A stretch of 64,000 nt of DNA from Patescibacteria group bacterium (GTDB lineage: Bacteria > Patescibacteriota > Patescibacteriia > UBA9570): the NCBI GenBank assembly GCA_024277435.1, contig JAJRVJ010000028.1, positions 97,300 through 161,299 on the forward strand. Direction: 5' to 3'. This document shows, piece after piece, positions 21,383 to 30,987 of this stretch. A model generated the notes under the pieces. It was given only the letters and a program-made list of their open reading frames with translations, made no database searches and was not told the origin of the DNA. The position numbers and the translations under genes were made by a program. Each line of letters begins with the position of its first letter. Position 1 is the first letter of the stretch.

Positions 21383-23332
21383 ATGTCTGATACCAATCTG
21401 CGTGGGGCCCTCCGTGATGTGGGCTCTGCAAACGCCGTTGCTACGGTTGTGGCGGTTGAGGCGGAAGAACTGCAGCGGAAGTTGCCTAAAGGCACGCTGG
21501 TCGAGCGTCTCTGGCACCAGGTTTTCATGCCGGAAGGCTGGAAGACCAAGGATCTACTGAAGCGCACCATGCCCCTGCTCACCTGGGTCGCCGTGGAGCG
21601 GAACCTGTTCCGCATTTTCGGTAATCCCCAGGCTGCTGCGAAGGCGGTGGCTGCCAAGGCCGCTACGGCGGACTTCGGTGGCTTGGAGTTGGCGGACTGG
21701 TTCCGTTGGCTTCTGCGGCTGTTCGTGCCGCCCAGTTTCGTGTTCGCCTCAATCATCCCGCGGCTGATGCCCAAGTTCAACACCCTGAAGCGAGTCACTC
21801 TCGTGGAAGAAGATGACAACCACGTCATCTATCGGGTGCAGTACATGAACAAGAGCGGTAAGCAGACGCACGATCCTCACGAGGATATGGGTTCCCGTGT
21901 CTGGTTCGAGACGGCCATGACGGCTGGCGCGGCCAAGTACTGGTTCCCAGACGCTGCGCGGGTAGTACACCACGTGTTGGAGTTGGACCTCGTCCAGTAC
22001 CTCCAGCACTTCACTGAGTTCATGCCTGGCACCACCTTCTACCGGTCCGGTGGTACGCTGCGTATGCGCGCTACCGATGCGCGGCCCGACGTCATGGATA
22101 CGGTAGTGGCCACTCAAGTTCAGCTTCGGCCGGATGATGACGGCTTCTACACCGTCGTTGCCACTCAGGAAGACCTGAACATGGGCTTCGACACTCGCCT
22201 TGGCTGGCGGGTGGAGCGTGATATTGCGGCAGTGGACGCCATGGGTGAAACCTGGCAGCCCGTCGCTAGTGGAACGATCTTCTGCGCTGGAGCCAAGTGC
22301 TCGCTCACCGAGTACAACTGGCGTCCGCAGACAATCGCTCTGCGCGCGGTGTTCCGGTTCGCGGTGTTCTGCATCAAGCTGCTCGGTGGAAGCTTCACTG
22401 GCGCCGCTAGGTTGGCCGAAGCCAAGACGAACATGGCTGAGCTGGCTGCCGAGCGTGATAACGCTCTGGGTGACGCCGAGCGTGAACGTGCGCTCCGCCA
22501 GGAGATGGACAAAGATCACTTCCCGACGGAACAGATCGCTACGGCGATGCGTGAGCAGGCGTTCAGCCCGCGTCAGCTCTTCGGAGCGTTGCTGTTCTTC
22601 GATCTCGGCGATAGCACGGCTGCTAACGAGCGTCTTCCGAACTACGCGGATTTGCTCCAGCAGTTCATGGATGCCATCGATGCCGTTATGGTGCGCTACC
22701 GTGAGGGAGCGCGTGAAGACGGTGTCGTAGGATTCACGGTCTCGGAGCCGGGCGATGCTCGCCTCATGATCTTCTCGCGGCGCTGGAATGAGCACCACCA
22801 GACTATGGACGAGGCCGTTGCCCGCGATTAGCTCGCGGTGGCCATTGCGGTGGCCACGGAGATCTTCGCGATCTTCAACCAGGTGTTCAATGTTCCTGGC
22901 GGCCCCAGCTGCGTGCGCATCGGCATTCACTACGGCGAGTTCAAGCTCGATCGCCGTGGTGCCAGCAAGAGCCGTGCTCAGTGTTACGGCGATACCACGA
23001 ACACCGTCGCTCGTTTGGAGGCGGCCGGTAAGTTGCCTGGCGTAGCGGCCGGTGACCTGCGCACCGTGGTGCTGATGGCGAGCGTGGCCGAACTGGTGGC
23101 AGACAGTCACGAGTTCGTGCCGGTCGGCACACAGACCTTCAAGGGTGTCTCCGGACACCATGAGGTCGTGCGGCTGCTGCTGCCTGGTCAGCAGGGCGTT
23201 CGTCGCCTCAAGGACTTCACCGAGGAGATCAAAACCTTGCCGGACGTCGCAATCCAGCAGTTGGGGCCAGCGGACGCCAACCGTGAACTCCTCGACGAAC
23301 TCCTCGATGAGTTCGTCAGCGAAGCAGAGTAG
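21383..23332 (+). pseudogene. Sensor class III nucleotidyl (adenylyl/guanylyl) cyclase: an N-terminal domain of about 390 aa of unknown type, a coiled-coil linker and a cyclase catalytic domain. It is interrupted by an in-frame TAG at 22829-22831.
   Basis: Cyclase motifs FFDLGDST, EPGDARLMIF, VRIGIHYGEF and YGDTTNTVARLE are split across ORFs 21383-22831 and 22838-23332, both in the same frame. About 62% GC. Confidence 0.6.
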
Positions 23333-23336
23333 CGCT

Positions 23337-23375
23337 CTACCCGGTCGTGCACCTAACAAGTGCGCGGCCGGGTAG
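23337..23375 (+). terminator. GC-rich hairpin terminator (ctacccggtcg...cggccgggtag) after the cyclase
   Basis: 11-bp stem with one G-U pair, enclosing an inner gcac/gtgc hairpin. Confidence 0.5.
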
Positions 23376-23388
23376 GGTAGGAGGATTT

Positions 23389-23441
23389 AGCCCCCTAGTG
23401 TGGGTGCATGTCATGGCATGCACTAAAACATTCAGGGGGCT
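23389..23441. repeat. nested palindrome agccccct...[GTGCATGTCATGGCATGCAC]...agggggct at the right junction of island B
   Basis: Outer 8-bp and inner 7-bp inverted repeats. The inner core is related to the 19231-19268 palindrome. Confidence 0.5.
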
Positions 23442-23574
23442 TTATCACATATTCAGGCACTTGATTTTTACTTAAAAAAATGTTATACTTCTAAAAACAA
23501 GTTCTTACACTAGTATAGTAATACATAAAAATACTATATTGCTGTAACAACTGGTAAAACAAAAATAAAAAAAC

Positions 23575-25062
23575 ATGTCCCATCAAAAAGAACCTGTCCA
23601 GAGCGCTATCACTGGAGATCAAGTTATTCATATTCCCACATTTCGTGAGAAAGTTTTTGGTTTTAGAGTTATTTCACTATTCAACCTACTATTAATAGTG
23701 GAGATTCCGTTTATCGTAATTGTACAATTTTTTCTCGATAAATCAGAACGTGATGAACTGTGGCGCTTAGCGGCGCATCGTAACTGTAATATTTTCTTAA
23801 AACTCTGGGGGATTGATTTAGAAGTAATCAACATTCCTCGTTACCAACATCCAGTTATTTATTCATCCAATCACCCTAGTATGATTGATGGGTTTATATT
23901 ATTCGGCTTACTGGGCCCAAATGTGGTAGCGCTTACTGCGCCGTTTACTAGTTTTGGCTTTCCTTTCAACTATTGGTTTAAAAATATGGGGTTTATTGAT
24001 ATTCAACGCGATGCCGATGATATTCATAAGCACCCCAAAGCCAATACACGTGATGAGGCGTTCAAAAAAATATTCAATCACGTAAAACAAGGGCATAGTT
24101 TATTAATATTTCCAGAGGGTCATGTTGAACGTACGCATAAGTTACATTACGTGCACACTGGTGTAGCGCGCATTGCATTGCGGGCTAAAGTTCCTGTGCA
24201 AGTATTAAGTATTGTGGGTATGGAAAAGTTATTTTTTGGTGGATTTGGTGCTAGTAAAGGTAAGCTACAGGTGCGGTTTGGTAGATTTATGGATCCACCA
24301 GCTGTATCAAAGCTCGTGCCATTTCGCAAAGTAGTAAAGGCCTTCTCCAAGGATATTGAACGAGCTATTGTTTCTATAATCCCGTTACGCTATCTTCCAG
24401 AGTATTATAATGCTACAGGGCAAAACATTGCGGTGTTCGTTGATATAGATAACACTTTGTACAATGGTTACTCAATGAAGGATTTTGTGCGCTATTTATT
24501 AAAAAAGAAATCACTTTCGAAATGGTTGCCTCTTAAAGTATTATTTTGGGTAATTTTAGAAAAGATACATATTGTTTCGCATAATCGCTTAATGAAAATT
24601 TCACTTGGTGTATTAGGTGGATTTGAAGTGAAGCATTTTAATAAGTTATGTGAAGATTTTTTTAATGACGTAGCTGTTCATAAAATCAATCATCATCTTT
24701 TGCCAGATATTAAAGATCACCAAGAGGATGGACATGTAGTTATCATCGTAAGTGAGGTAGTACATCCCTTAGCGAATTTGTTCAAAAAATACCTAGAAGC
24801 ATCAGCCTCAATTGATACGGTGCTACTAAAAAAGGATGGTGTGTACACTGGTGAGGTAGAAAGTTTAAACTATGGCTTTAGTAAAGCAGAGCATGTAGAG
24901 GAGTTTGCACATAACTTCAATATTAATGTAAAGAAAAGTTATGCCTACGCTGATTCCATTAGTGATTTGCCATTATTATATTCTGTTCGCTACAAAACCG
25001 TGGTAAATCCAGATAAAAAGCTTAAAAAAGTCGCTCAAAAGAACAATTGGCCAGAACTATAG
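23575..25062 (+). CDS. fusion of a lysophospholipid/1-acyl-glycerol-3-phosphate acyltransferase (PlsC-like) to a C-terminal HAD-superfamily (subfamily IB-like) hydrolase
   Basis: NHPSMIDGF (HX4D) and FPEG motifs in the N-terminal part. VFVDIDNTL and ADSISDLPLL HAD motifs in the C-terminal part. Confidence 0.65.
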   Translation: MSHQKEPVQSAITGDQVIHIPTFREKVFGFRVISLFNLLLIVEIPFIVIVQFFLDKSERDELWRLAAHRNCNIFLKLWGIDLEVINIPRYQHPVIYSSNHPSMIDGFILFGLLGPNVVALTAPFTSFGFPFNYWFKNMGFIDIQRDADDIHKHPKANTRDEAFKKIFNHVKQGHSLLIFPEGHVERTHKLHYVHTGVARIALRAKVPVQVLSIVGMEKLFFGGFGASKGKLQVRFGRFMDPPAVSKLVPFRKVVKAFSKDIERAIVSIIPLRYLPEYYNATGQNIAVFVDIDNTLYNGYSMKDFVRYLLKKKSLSKWLPLKVLFWVILEKIHIVSHNRLMKISLGVLGGFEVKHFNKLCEDFFNDVAVHKINHHLLPDIKDHQEDGHVVIIVSEVVHPLANLFKKYLEASASIDTVLLKKDGVYTGEVESLNYGFSKAEHVEEFAHNFNINVKKSYAYADSISDLPLLYSVRYKTVVNPDKKLKKVAQKNNWPEL

Positions 25063-25078
25063 AGAATTTGGTATACTA

Positions 25079-26260
25079 GTGAGCGCTATGGCTAAAAATA
25101 TTACGGCACTCACAATCGATTTAGAGCAAGATGGCTGGGATACTTCAACCGGCTTTATTAAGCGGGAAGTGTCTATGCCGGAACTGGATCAATCGAATCC
25201 ATCCGACACTATCTCTGTAATTGTCAAAATTCAATACGCTGGCATGTGCGGCTCCGATCGTGGTATTTGGAAGCGCGCCGCGTTTTCCGACATGTTCAAA
25301 GAATCCTTAGCCGAAGAAGGAAAATCGCTACGGATCTTGGGCCATGAGTTTATGGGAGAAATCGTAGAAGCTGGATCGCAAGTAGAGGAATTATATGGTA
25401 TTAAAACTGGAGATCTTGTTTCAGGTGATTCGCATGTTACGTGTGGTCGTTGTTTTCAATGCAGGGTAGGTGAACAAGAGGTGTGTCAGGATCAGGCTAT
25501 TTTAGGAATTTCTATTGATGGCATTTTTGCTGAGTACGTGAAGATTCCTGCTAAAAACTTATGGGCCATTGATACATCACGGGTTCGTCCTGAGATGGCT
25601 GCATTATTCGATCCCTTTGGAAACGCGGTGCATGCATTATCAAAAACCGATGTACGAGGCGCCCGTGTAGCTATATTTGGTTGCGGTCAAATTGGTTTAT
25701 TCTCTATATTATTAGCTCGCACATTTGGCGCCGCTAAAGTAATTGGCATCGATGTTAATCAAGATAATCTTGATATGGCAAAAGAGTTAGGTGCGCATGA
25801 AACTATTTTAGTTAAGCCAGAAACCAAGGCTAACGATTATGATGCAGATCCAGCGGTTATTGAACGCATTATGGAGCTAACGTATGGTAAGGGCGTTGAT
25901 GTAAGCATGGAAATGGCTGGGTTTAATTCGTCGGTGAATAATTGTATAGCTGCAACAAGATTTGGTGGGGACGTGATTCTATTTGGTATCAAAGATGGAG
26001 ATTTCGTTATTCCAGATTTTTCACGCATGGTTGTAAAAGGGCTTACGTTACATAATGTGATTGGGCGACAAATTTTTCAAACCTGGCAAACAGCTCAACG
26101 AGTATTATCCGATAAGAGCAATGGTGTGCAAGATAAAATGTGGGATATTATTATGAAGGGCGGAAATGATACCGTCATTAAGCTTAGTGAATTTTCACCA
26201 GAACTCATAGAAGACAAAATGGCAGCTCACCCTAAATTAGTATTTGATATGCAAAATTAA
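25079..26260 (+). CDS. tdh: L-threonine 3-dehydrogenase-like zinc-dependent alcohol dehydrogenase
   Basis: 393 aa. Motifs GMCGSD, GHEFMGEIVEAG, FGCGQIG. Followed by kbl. Confidence 0.7.
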   Translation: MSAMAKNITALTIDLEQDGWDTSTGFIKREVSMPELDQSNPSDTISVIVKIQYAGMCGSDRGIWKRAAFSDMFKESLAEEGKSLRILGHEFMGEIVEAGSQVEELYGIKTGDLVSGDSHVTCGRCFQCRVGEQEVCQDQAILGISIDGIFAEYVKIPAKNLWAIDTSRVRPEMAALFDPFGNAVHALSKTDVRGARVAIFGCGQIGLFSILLARTFGAAKVIGIDVNQDNLDMAKELGAHETILVKPETKANDYDADPAVIERIMELTYGKGVDVSMEMAGFNSSVNNCIAATRFGGDVILFGIKDGDFVIPDFSRMVVKGLTLHNVIGRQIFQTWQTAQRVLSDKSNGVQDKMWDIIMKGGNDTVIKLSEFSPELIEDKMAAHPKLVFDMQN

Positions 26261-26273
26261 TTTCAAATAACTT

Positions 26274-27458
26274 ATGAATAAAGCATTAGTAAATCACGCC
26301 CAACAACAGCTGGATGACATTAATGAAGCTGGTTTATATAAAAATCAACGTGTCATTACTTCAAAACAAGGTACTGTTGTAGAGGTAGATGGTAAAGAAC
26401 TTATTAATTTCTGTGCAAATAATTATCTTGGATTATCCGGTCGCCAGGAATTGATAGATGCCGCTAAGGATAATCTTGATAATTATGGATACGGTTTATC
26501 CTCTGTGCGGTTTATTTGTGGAACTCAGAGCGTACATAAGGAGCTAGAAGCAAAGATTGCTGAATACCTTCATAAAGAAGATGCCATTACATTTACATCG
26601 TGCTGGGATGCTAATGAAGCGGTATTTACAACCTTACTTGGTAAAGAAGATGCCATTCTCACAGACGCATTAAATCACGCAAGTTTAATTGACGGCATTC
26701 GTTTATGTAAAGCTGAACGCCATATTTTTAAACATATGGACATGGCTGACCTTGAAGAGCAATTAAAAGCAACGCAAGATAAGCGGTTGCGCTGTATTGT
26801 TACCGATGGTGTATTTAGTATGGATGGTGACGTAGCGCCATTGAAAGAAATTCGTGATTTAGCAGATAAATACGACGCTTACGTTGTGGTAGATGATTCT
26901 CATGCAACGGGCTTTATGGGAGAAACTGGACGCGGTGCGGTAGAGCAAGAGGGTGTATTGGATCGTGTAGATATTATTACTACTACCTTTGGTAAGGCGC
27001 TCGGTGGCGCAAGTGGAGGCTGTATTGCAGGGTCAAAAGAGGTGATTGAATTATTCCATCAAAAGGCACGCACTACATTATTTACCAATTCTGTTCCACC
27101 AGTGGTTGCGGGAACAACATTATTTGCACTCAACTATGTTGACGAGCACCCAGAGTTACGAGAGCAGTTATGGAAAAACACCAATTATTTTCGAGACGAG
27201 ATGACAAAAAATGGATTTACCGTTCCAGAATCTGTTCATCCAATTGTTCCAGTGATGATTGGTGATGGAAAGGCAGCTAGCGACATGGCGGATGATATGC
27301 TTGAAGAGGGTATTTATGTTATCGGCTTTAGTTATCCAGTTGTACCAATCGATACAGCGCGCATTCGTGTGCAAATTTCTGCCATTCATACTAAGGAGCA
27401 AATCGATCAGCTATTGACAGCCTTCGAAAAACTCGGTAAAAAATATAGCATTATCTAA
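26274..27458 (+). CDS. kbl: 2-amino-3-ketobutyrate CoA ligase (glycine C-acetyltransferase)
   Basis: 394 aa PLP alpha-oxoamine synthase. Motifs SSVRFICGTQ, VDDSHATGF, TTFGKALGG. Confidence 0.8.
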   Translation: MNKALVNHAQQQLDDINEAGLYKNQRVITSKQGTVVEVDGKELINFCANNYLGLSGRQELIDAAKDNLDNYGYGLSSVRFICGTQSVHKELEAKIAEYLHKEDAITFTSCWDANEAVFTTLLGKEDAILTDALNHASLIDGIRLCKAERHIFKHMDMADLEEQLKATQDKRLRCIVTDGVFSMDGDVAPLKEIRDLADKYDAYVVVDDSHATGFMGETGRGAVEQEGVLDRVDIITTTFGKALGGASGGCIAGSKEVIELFHQKARTTLFTNSVPPVVAGTTLFALNYVDEHPELREQLWKNTNYFRDEMTKNGFTVPESVHPIVPVMIGDGKAASDMADDMLEEGIYVIGFSYPVVPIDTARIRVQISAIHTKEQIDQLLTAFEKLGKKYSII

Positions 27459-27495
27459 ATTACAAAATCTCTCCTACAGGTTAAGAAGGGGATGA

Positions 27496-27792
27496 GTGAG
27501 GTTAAAAGAAAATATGCCAAAAGTTAAATTTATTGCCGATAATATTGAGGTGGAAGCCGAAGAGGGTAAGTTACTTCGCGAGGTCTGTCAGGATAATGAC
27601 ATGACTATCCCGTTTGGTTGTGAGAATGGATTATGTGGTACCTGTTTGGTAAGTGTTAAAGAAGGAGAAGATAATCTTTCCGAAAAAACGGACATTGAAA
27701 AAGAAACATTAGAAGCTATTTTAGCGTACGAAGATCAGCGCTTGGCCTGTCAGTGTAAAGTACAGGGCGATGTAACATTTGATCTAGATTAA
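27496..27792 (+). CDS. [2Fe-2S] ferredoxin
   Basis: 98 aa with Cys pattern C-x4-C-x2-C ... C (CENGLCGTCLV ... CQC). Confidence 0.7.
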   Translation: MRLKENMPKVKFIADNIEVEAEEGKLLREVCQDNDMTIPFGCENGLCGTCLVSVKEGEDNLSEKTDIEKETLEAILAYEDQRLACQCKVQGDVTFDLD

Positions 27793-27799
27793 GTAGCGC

Positions 27800-28438
27800 A
27801 TGTTTTTTGATCTCCTTGAAGTAAATCCACTATTCTTAATTCCTTGGATACTCACGGTTATTTTTGCTATTGGTATTCACGAATTTTCTCACGCGCTGTC
27901 CGGATATTTGCAAGGAGATGATACCGCGCAACGGCAGGGTAGGTTGACATTAAATCCACTTAATCATATAGATTGGCTGGGGTTTGCATTATTGCTTTTC
28001 ATTGGTTTTGGTTGGGGTAAGCCAACGCCATATAACCCATACAATTTGAAATATAAAAAATGGGGTGGGGCACTAGTGGCCATAGCCGGGCCAGTTTCAA
28101 ATATTTTAATGATGGTAGTATCTATTTTTGTATTTAAACTACTTGGATTTACAAATTTAAATTGGATGCTTTCAACAAACTTATTGGAGGTGTTTCTGTT
28201 ATTCATGGTGCAATTAAATATTGTATTATTTGTATTTAATCTTATCCCAATTCCACCATTAGATGGTTCGAAAGTTCTTTATAGTATTCTTGGTCCTAAG
28301 CGCCAGAATATTATTCGTACCCTTGAAATGCAGGGTCCTTGGCTGCTATTATTATTAATTTTATTCGGCCAAGGCATTCTTGGTCGCATGATTTCATTTG
28401 TATTTTTGGCAGTGTATCAATTATTTGGGCTTATCTAG
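27800..28438 (+). CDS. membrane zinc metalloprotease, M50/site-2-protease-like
   Basis: 212 aa, multiple TM segments, HEFSHAL (HExxH) in the first TM region. Confidence 0.65.
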   Translation: MFFDLLEVNPLFLIPWILTVIFAIGIHEFSHALSGYLQGDDTAQRQGRLTLNPLNHIDWLGFALLLFIGFGWGKPTPYNPYNLKYKKWGGALVAIAGPVSNILMMVVSIFVFKLLGFTNLNWMLSTNLLEVFLLFMVQLNIVLFVFNLIPIPPLDGSKVLYSILGPKRQNIIRTLEMQGPWLLLLLILFGQGILGRMISFVFLAVYQLFGLI

Positions 28439-28556
28439 TTCGGTCTAACAAATACATACTATCTATTTGTCATAATATGCTATCAATAGTACACTATTTT
28501 TAGTCCCTTATTTTAATATAATTTAGTCGCATATATACTAACTAACTAACTATCAT

Positions 28557-29270
28557 ATGTTTATGAGAAAAGTACTTTTAGGTGCAATGGTTACCGCTGT
28601 TGCGGCATTACTTTTGCCGGTTGCTGCAACTCAAGCCGCTGAGTTAGCATTTACAACGCAACCCACTATTGAATTTGAACAAGTAAAACGTAGGAATCCT
28701 GTTCCGCAAACCATGACTATCGCAGTTTCTGGTCAGGTGGATGATGGCGACGAAACAATCGATCGCATGGAACTTACCATTACCGATTCAACTGATGATA
28801 CTACAGTGTGCGTTATTGATGATATTACCGCTGATGTGCGATCGTTAAAGATTAATAAAAAGAATTGTTCAGATTTAAATGTGCTCAGTCAGTATAGCGG
28901 TAGCTTAGTAGAGTACTATGAATCAGGTAATGAATCGCGTGCGGGTACTGCAACATTCCGTACTGCACCGCCAAAGTTAAAACGCCTCAGAACCCCAAAG
29001 AAAAAACGTAAGGCTAACAGCATTCGTGTGAAATTCAATCGTGGCGTTAACGCTGCCGGAACATCTATGTATGTAGATTATGTAGTAACTCGACGTAAGA
29101 ATAAAAGTAAGATTGTAGAGAATGGCACAACGTATACAAGGAATAATTATGTAGATATCTCAGGATTGCCAGCTAATAAAAAACTTTCTGTTAAAGTAGC
29201 GCTGCGGTCAACTTCATACGGGTCTGGACCATGGTCTAAATGGAAGAAATTCAAAACCAAGAAAAATTAG
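28557..29270 (+). CDS. hypothetical secreted protein (signal peptide, Lys-rich C-terminus)
   Basis: 237-aa ORF with N-terminal hydrophobic signal LLGAMVTAVAALLLPVAATQA. Confidence 0.5.
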   Translation: MFMRKVLLGAMVTAVAALLLPVAATQAAELAFTTQPTIEFEQVKRRNPVPQTMTIAVSGQVDDGDETIDRMELTITDSTDDTTVCVIDDITADVRSLKINKKNCSDLNVLSQYSGSLVEYYESGNESRAGTATFRTAPPKLKRLRTPKKKRKANSIRVKFNRGVNAAGTSMYVDYVVTRRKNKSKIVENGTTYTRNNYVDISGLPANKKLSVKVALRSTSYGSGPWSKWKKFKTKKN

Positions 29271-29295
29271 ATAGCTAATCTTAGCACTTTTCATA

Positions 29296-29326
29296 GCCCC
29301 GCATTTATATGCGGGGTTTGTGTTTT
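29296..29326 (+). terminator. intrinsic terminator ccccgcat-ttatat-gcgggg followed by TTTG/T-run
   Basis: GC stem followed by T-rich tract after stop 29270. Confidence 0.55.
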
Positions 29327-29378
29327 GGCCAATTTTATGTTTATTCACAACACGTATTCATATGTTGGTTCAATATTC

Positions 29379-29407
29379 TTGACAGATAGAAGTGATCTGT
29401 ATATAGT
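29379..29407 (+). promoter_or_regulatory. sigma70 promoter TTGACA-17-TATAGT for the str operon
   Basis: Consensus hexamers with 17-nt spacer, 48 nt upstream of rpsL. Confidence 0.6.
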
Positions 29408-29454
29408 AACCGTCGCGCTTAATACGCATGAAAACACTATAAAATAATACTGAA

Positions 29455-29874
29455 ATGCCAACAATCAATCAACTGATTCGCAAACCTCGTAAACGGACTA
29501 AGAAGAAGTCTAAAGTTCCTGGATTGCAGATGACATTCAACGCTATGAAACGACAACGTAAACCTTTGAAAAAGGGTAGTCCATTTAAGCGTGGTGTATG
29601 TACGAAAGTAACTACAGTAACTCCAAAAAAGCCTAACTCAGCGTTACGTAAAATTGCTCGTGTTCGTTTATCAAACGGAATGGAAGTAACTGCGTATATT
29701 CCTGGCGAAGGTCACAATCTTCAAGAGCATAGCATTGTATTATTACGTGGTGGTCGTGTACGTGATCTACCTGGTGTTCGTTATCATGTCGTTCGTGGCG
29801 TGTATGATACATCTGGTGTAGAAGGACGTCGCCAAAGCCGTTCTCACTATGGTACAAAGAAGCCAAAAGAATAA
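29455..29874 (+). CDS. rpsL: 30S ribosomal protein S12 (with a roughly 12-aa insertion near the N-terminus)
   Basis: Motifs [48 protein letters not shown]. Confidence 0.92.
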   Translation: MPTINQLIRKPRKRTKKKSKVPGLQMTFNAMKRQRKPLKKGSPFKRGVCTKVTTVTPKKPNSALRKIARVRLSNGMEVTAYIPGEGHNLQEHSIVLLRGGRVRDLPGVRYHVVRGVYDTSGVEGRRQSRSHYGTKKPKE

Positions 29875-29902
29875 TTTTGTTAAATAATTATAGATATAAG
29901 AT

Positions 29903-30367
29903 ATGCGTGGAAAACGTGCCCCCAAACGTAAAGTAGCTCCAGATCCTGTGTATAACAGCACAACTGTAGCGAAGTTCATTAACTACATCATGTTGAATGG
30001 TAAGAAAACTATTGCACAAGGAATTGTGTATGATGCATTTGATATAGTAGAAAAAAAGACTGGTGAAAAAGGTTTGGATATGTTCGATAAAGCGATGCGT
30101 AATGTTTCGCCAACTGTTGAAGTAAAAGCCCGCCGAATTGGTGGTGCCAATTATCAAGTACCTATTGAAGTAAAAGGTGATCGACGATTCACGTTAGCAT
30201 CTCGCTGGATGATTACAGCTGCTCGAGCTCGTAAAGGTAAACCTATGCGAGAACGCCTAGCATTAGAAATTATGGACGCTGTAGAAGGACAAGGCGAGGC
30301 AGTAAAGAAGAAGCAAGACGTACATCGAATGGCCGAGTCAAACCGAGCGTTTGCACATTTTGCCTAA
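29903..30367 (+). CDS. rpsG: 30S ribosomal protein S7
   Basis: 154 aa. Motifs DPVYNS, ARRIGGANYQVP. Confidence 0.92.
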   Translation: MRGKRAPKRKVAPDPVYNSTTVAKFINYIMLNGKKTIAQGIVYDAFDIVEKKTGEKGLDMFDKAMRNVSPTVEVKARRIGGANYQVPIEVKGDRRFTLASRWMITAARARKGKPMRERLALEIMDAVEGQGEAVKKKQDVHRMAESNRAFAHFA

Positions 30368-30393
30368 GGTTAGTCTACAGTTAGTAAAAAAAA

Positions 30394-30424
30394 TAAACCC
30401 CACGGCTAAAGCGTGGGGTTTTTA
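30394..30424 (+). terminator. intrinsic terminator aaaccccacg-gctaaag-cgtggggttt followed by T-run
   Basis: 10-bp stem followed by TTTTAG. Confidence 0.6.
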
Positions 30425-30516
30425 GTGCATGGATTATTATATACGATGTTGCCTTATGGTAATTTTTGTGCTATAATTACTTAAATTAGTTATTTTATTC
30501 ATAATTTATAGCAAAA

Positions 30517-30960
30517 ATGCTTATGAAAAAACTTTTAGCTCGCGGTCTAGCTGCAGCTGTTGGAGTTACTGCTCCAGCGATTGCTCTGGCGCAAAACTAT
30601 TCCAACGATTACTATGACGATTACTATGACGATTACTACTACGATGATTACAGCACCGTTTCTGACGGTACAGCTGCTGCTCTCGGAGTAGGAATGATGG
30701 TATTCATTGGAATTATTGCTCTGCTAAGTTTAGTTGCAGGTATTTTCGTTCTATGGATGATTATCGATGCTGCTCGCCGAGACTTTGATCAAAAAGTTAT
30801 GTGGATCCTATTAATGGTATTCCTTGGCTTAATTCCAGCTATTGCATACTTCTTTATGATCAAGAAGAAAAATGTTACCGGTTCTGGTAGCAAACCAGCT
30901 TCTCCAGCTGCTGGCGGACAAACTCCACCAGCTCAACCACCGCAACAGCCACAACAATAA
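30517..30960 (+). CDS. membrane protein with signal peptide, (DYY/DDYY)n acidic Tyr-rich repeat, two TM helices carrying a PLDc_N-like motif, and a Pro/Gln-rich tail
   Basis: NDYYDDYYDDYYYDDY repeat. LWMIIDAARRDFDQKVMWILLMVFLGLIPAIAYFF resembles the PLD-nuclease N-terminal (PLDc_N) small TM domain. Confidence 0.5.
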   Translation: MLMKKLLARGLAAAVGVTAPAIALAQNYSNDYYDDYYDDYYYDDYSTVSDGTAAALGVGMMVFIGIIALLSLVAGIFVLWMIIDAARRDFDQKVMWILLMVFLGLIPAIAYFFMIKKKNVTGSGSKPASPAAGGQTPPAQPPQQPQQ

Positions 30961-30987
30961 TTACTGTACTGTTACGGTATTAGAAGC

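Noticed and set aside
20686-23375. Alternative-frame ORFs in island B (20805-21008 Arg-rich, 20917-21324, 21259-21828 minus, 21749-23359 minus 536 aa, 22200-22730)
   Set aside because: High GC suppresses stop codons in all frames. These ORFs have low-complexity Arg/Ser/Pro-rich composition and overlap the well-supported cyclase and cNMP-binding frames.
28530-28552. (ACTA)4 microsatellite (actaactaactaact) upstream of the secreted protein gene
   Set aside because: Short simple repeat in an AT-rich promoter region, with no evidence of function beyond possible phase variation. Too short to call.
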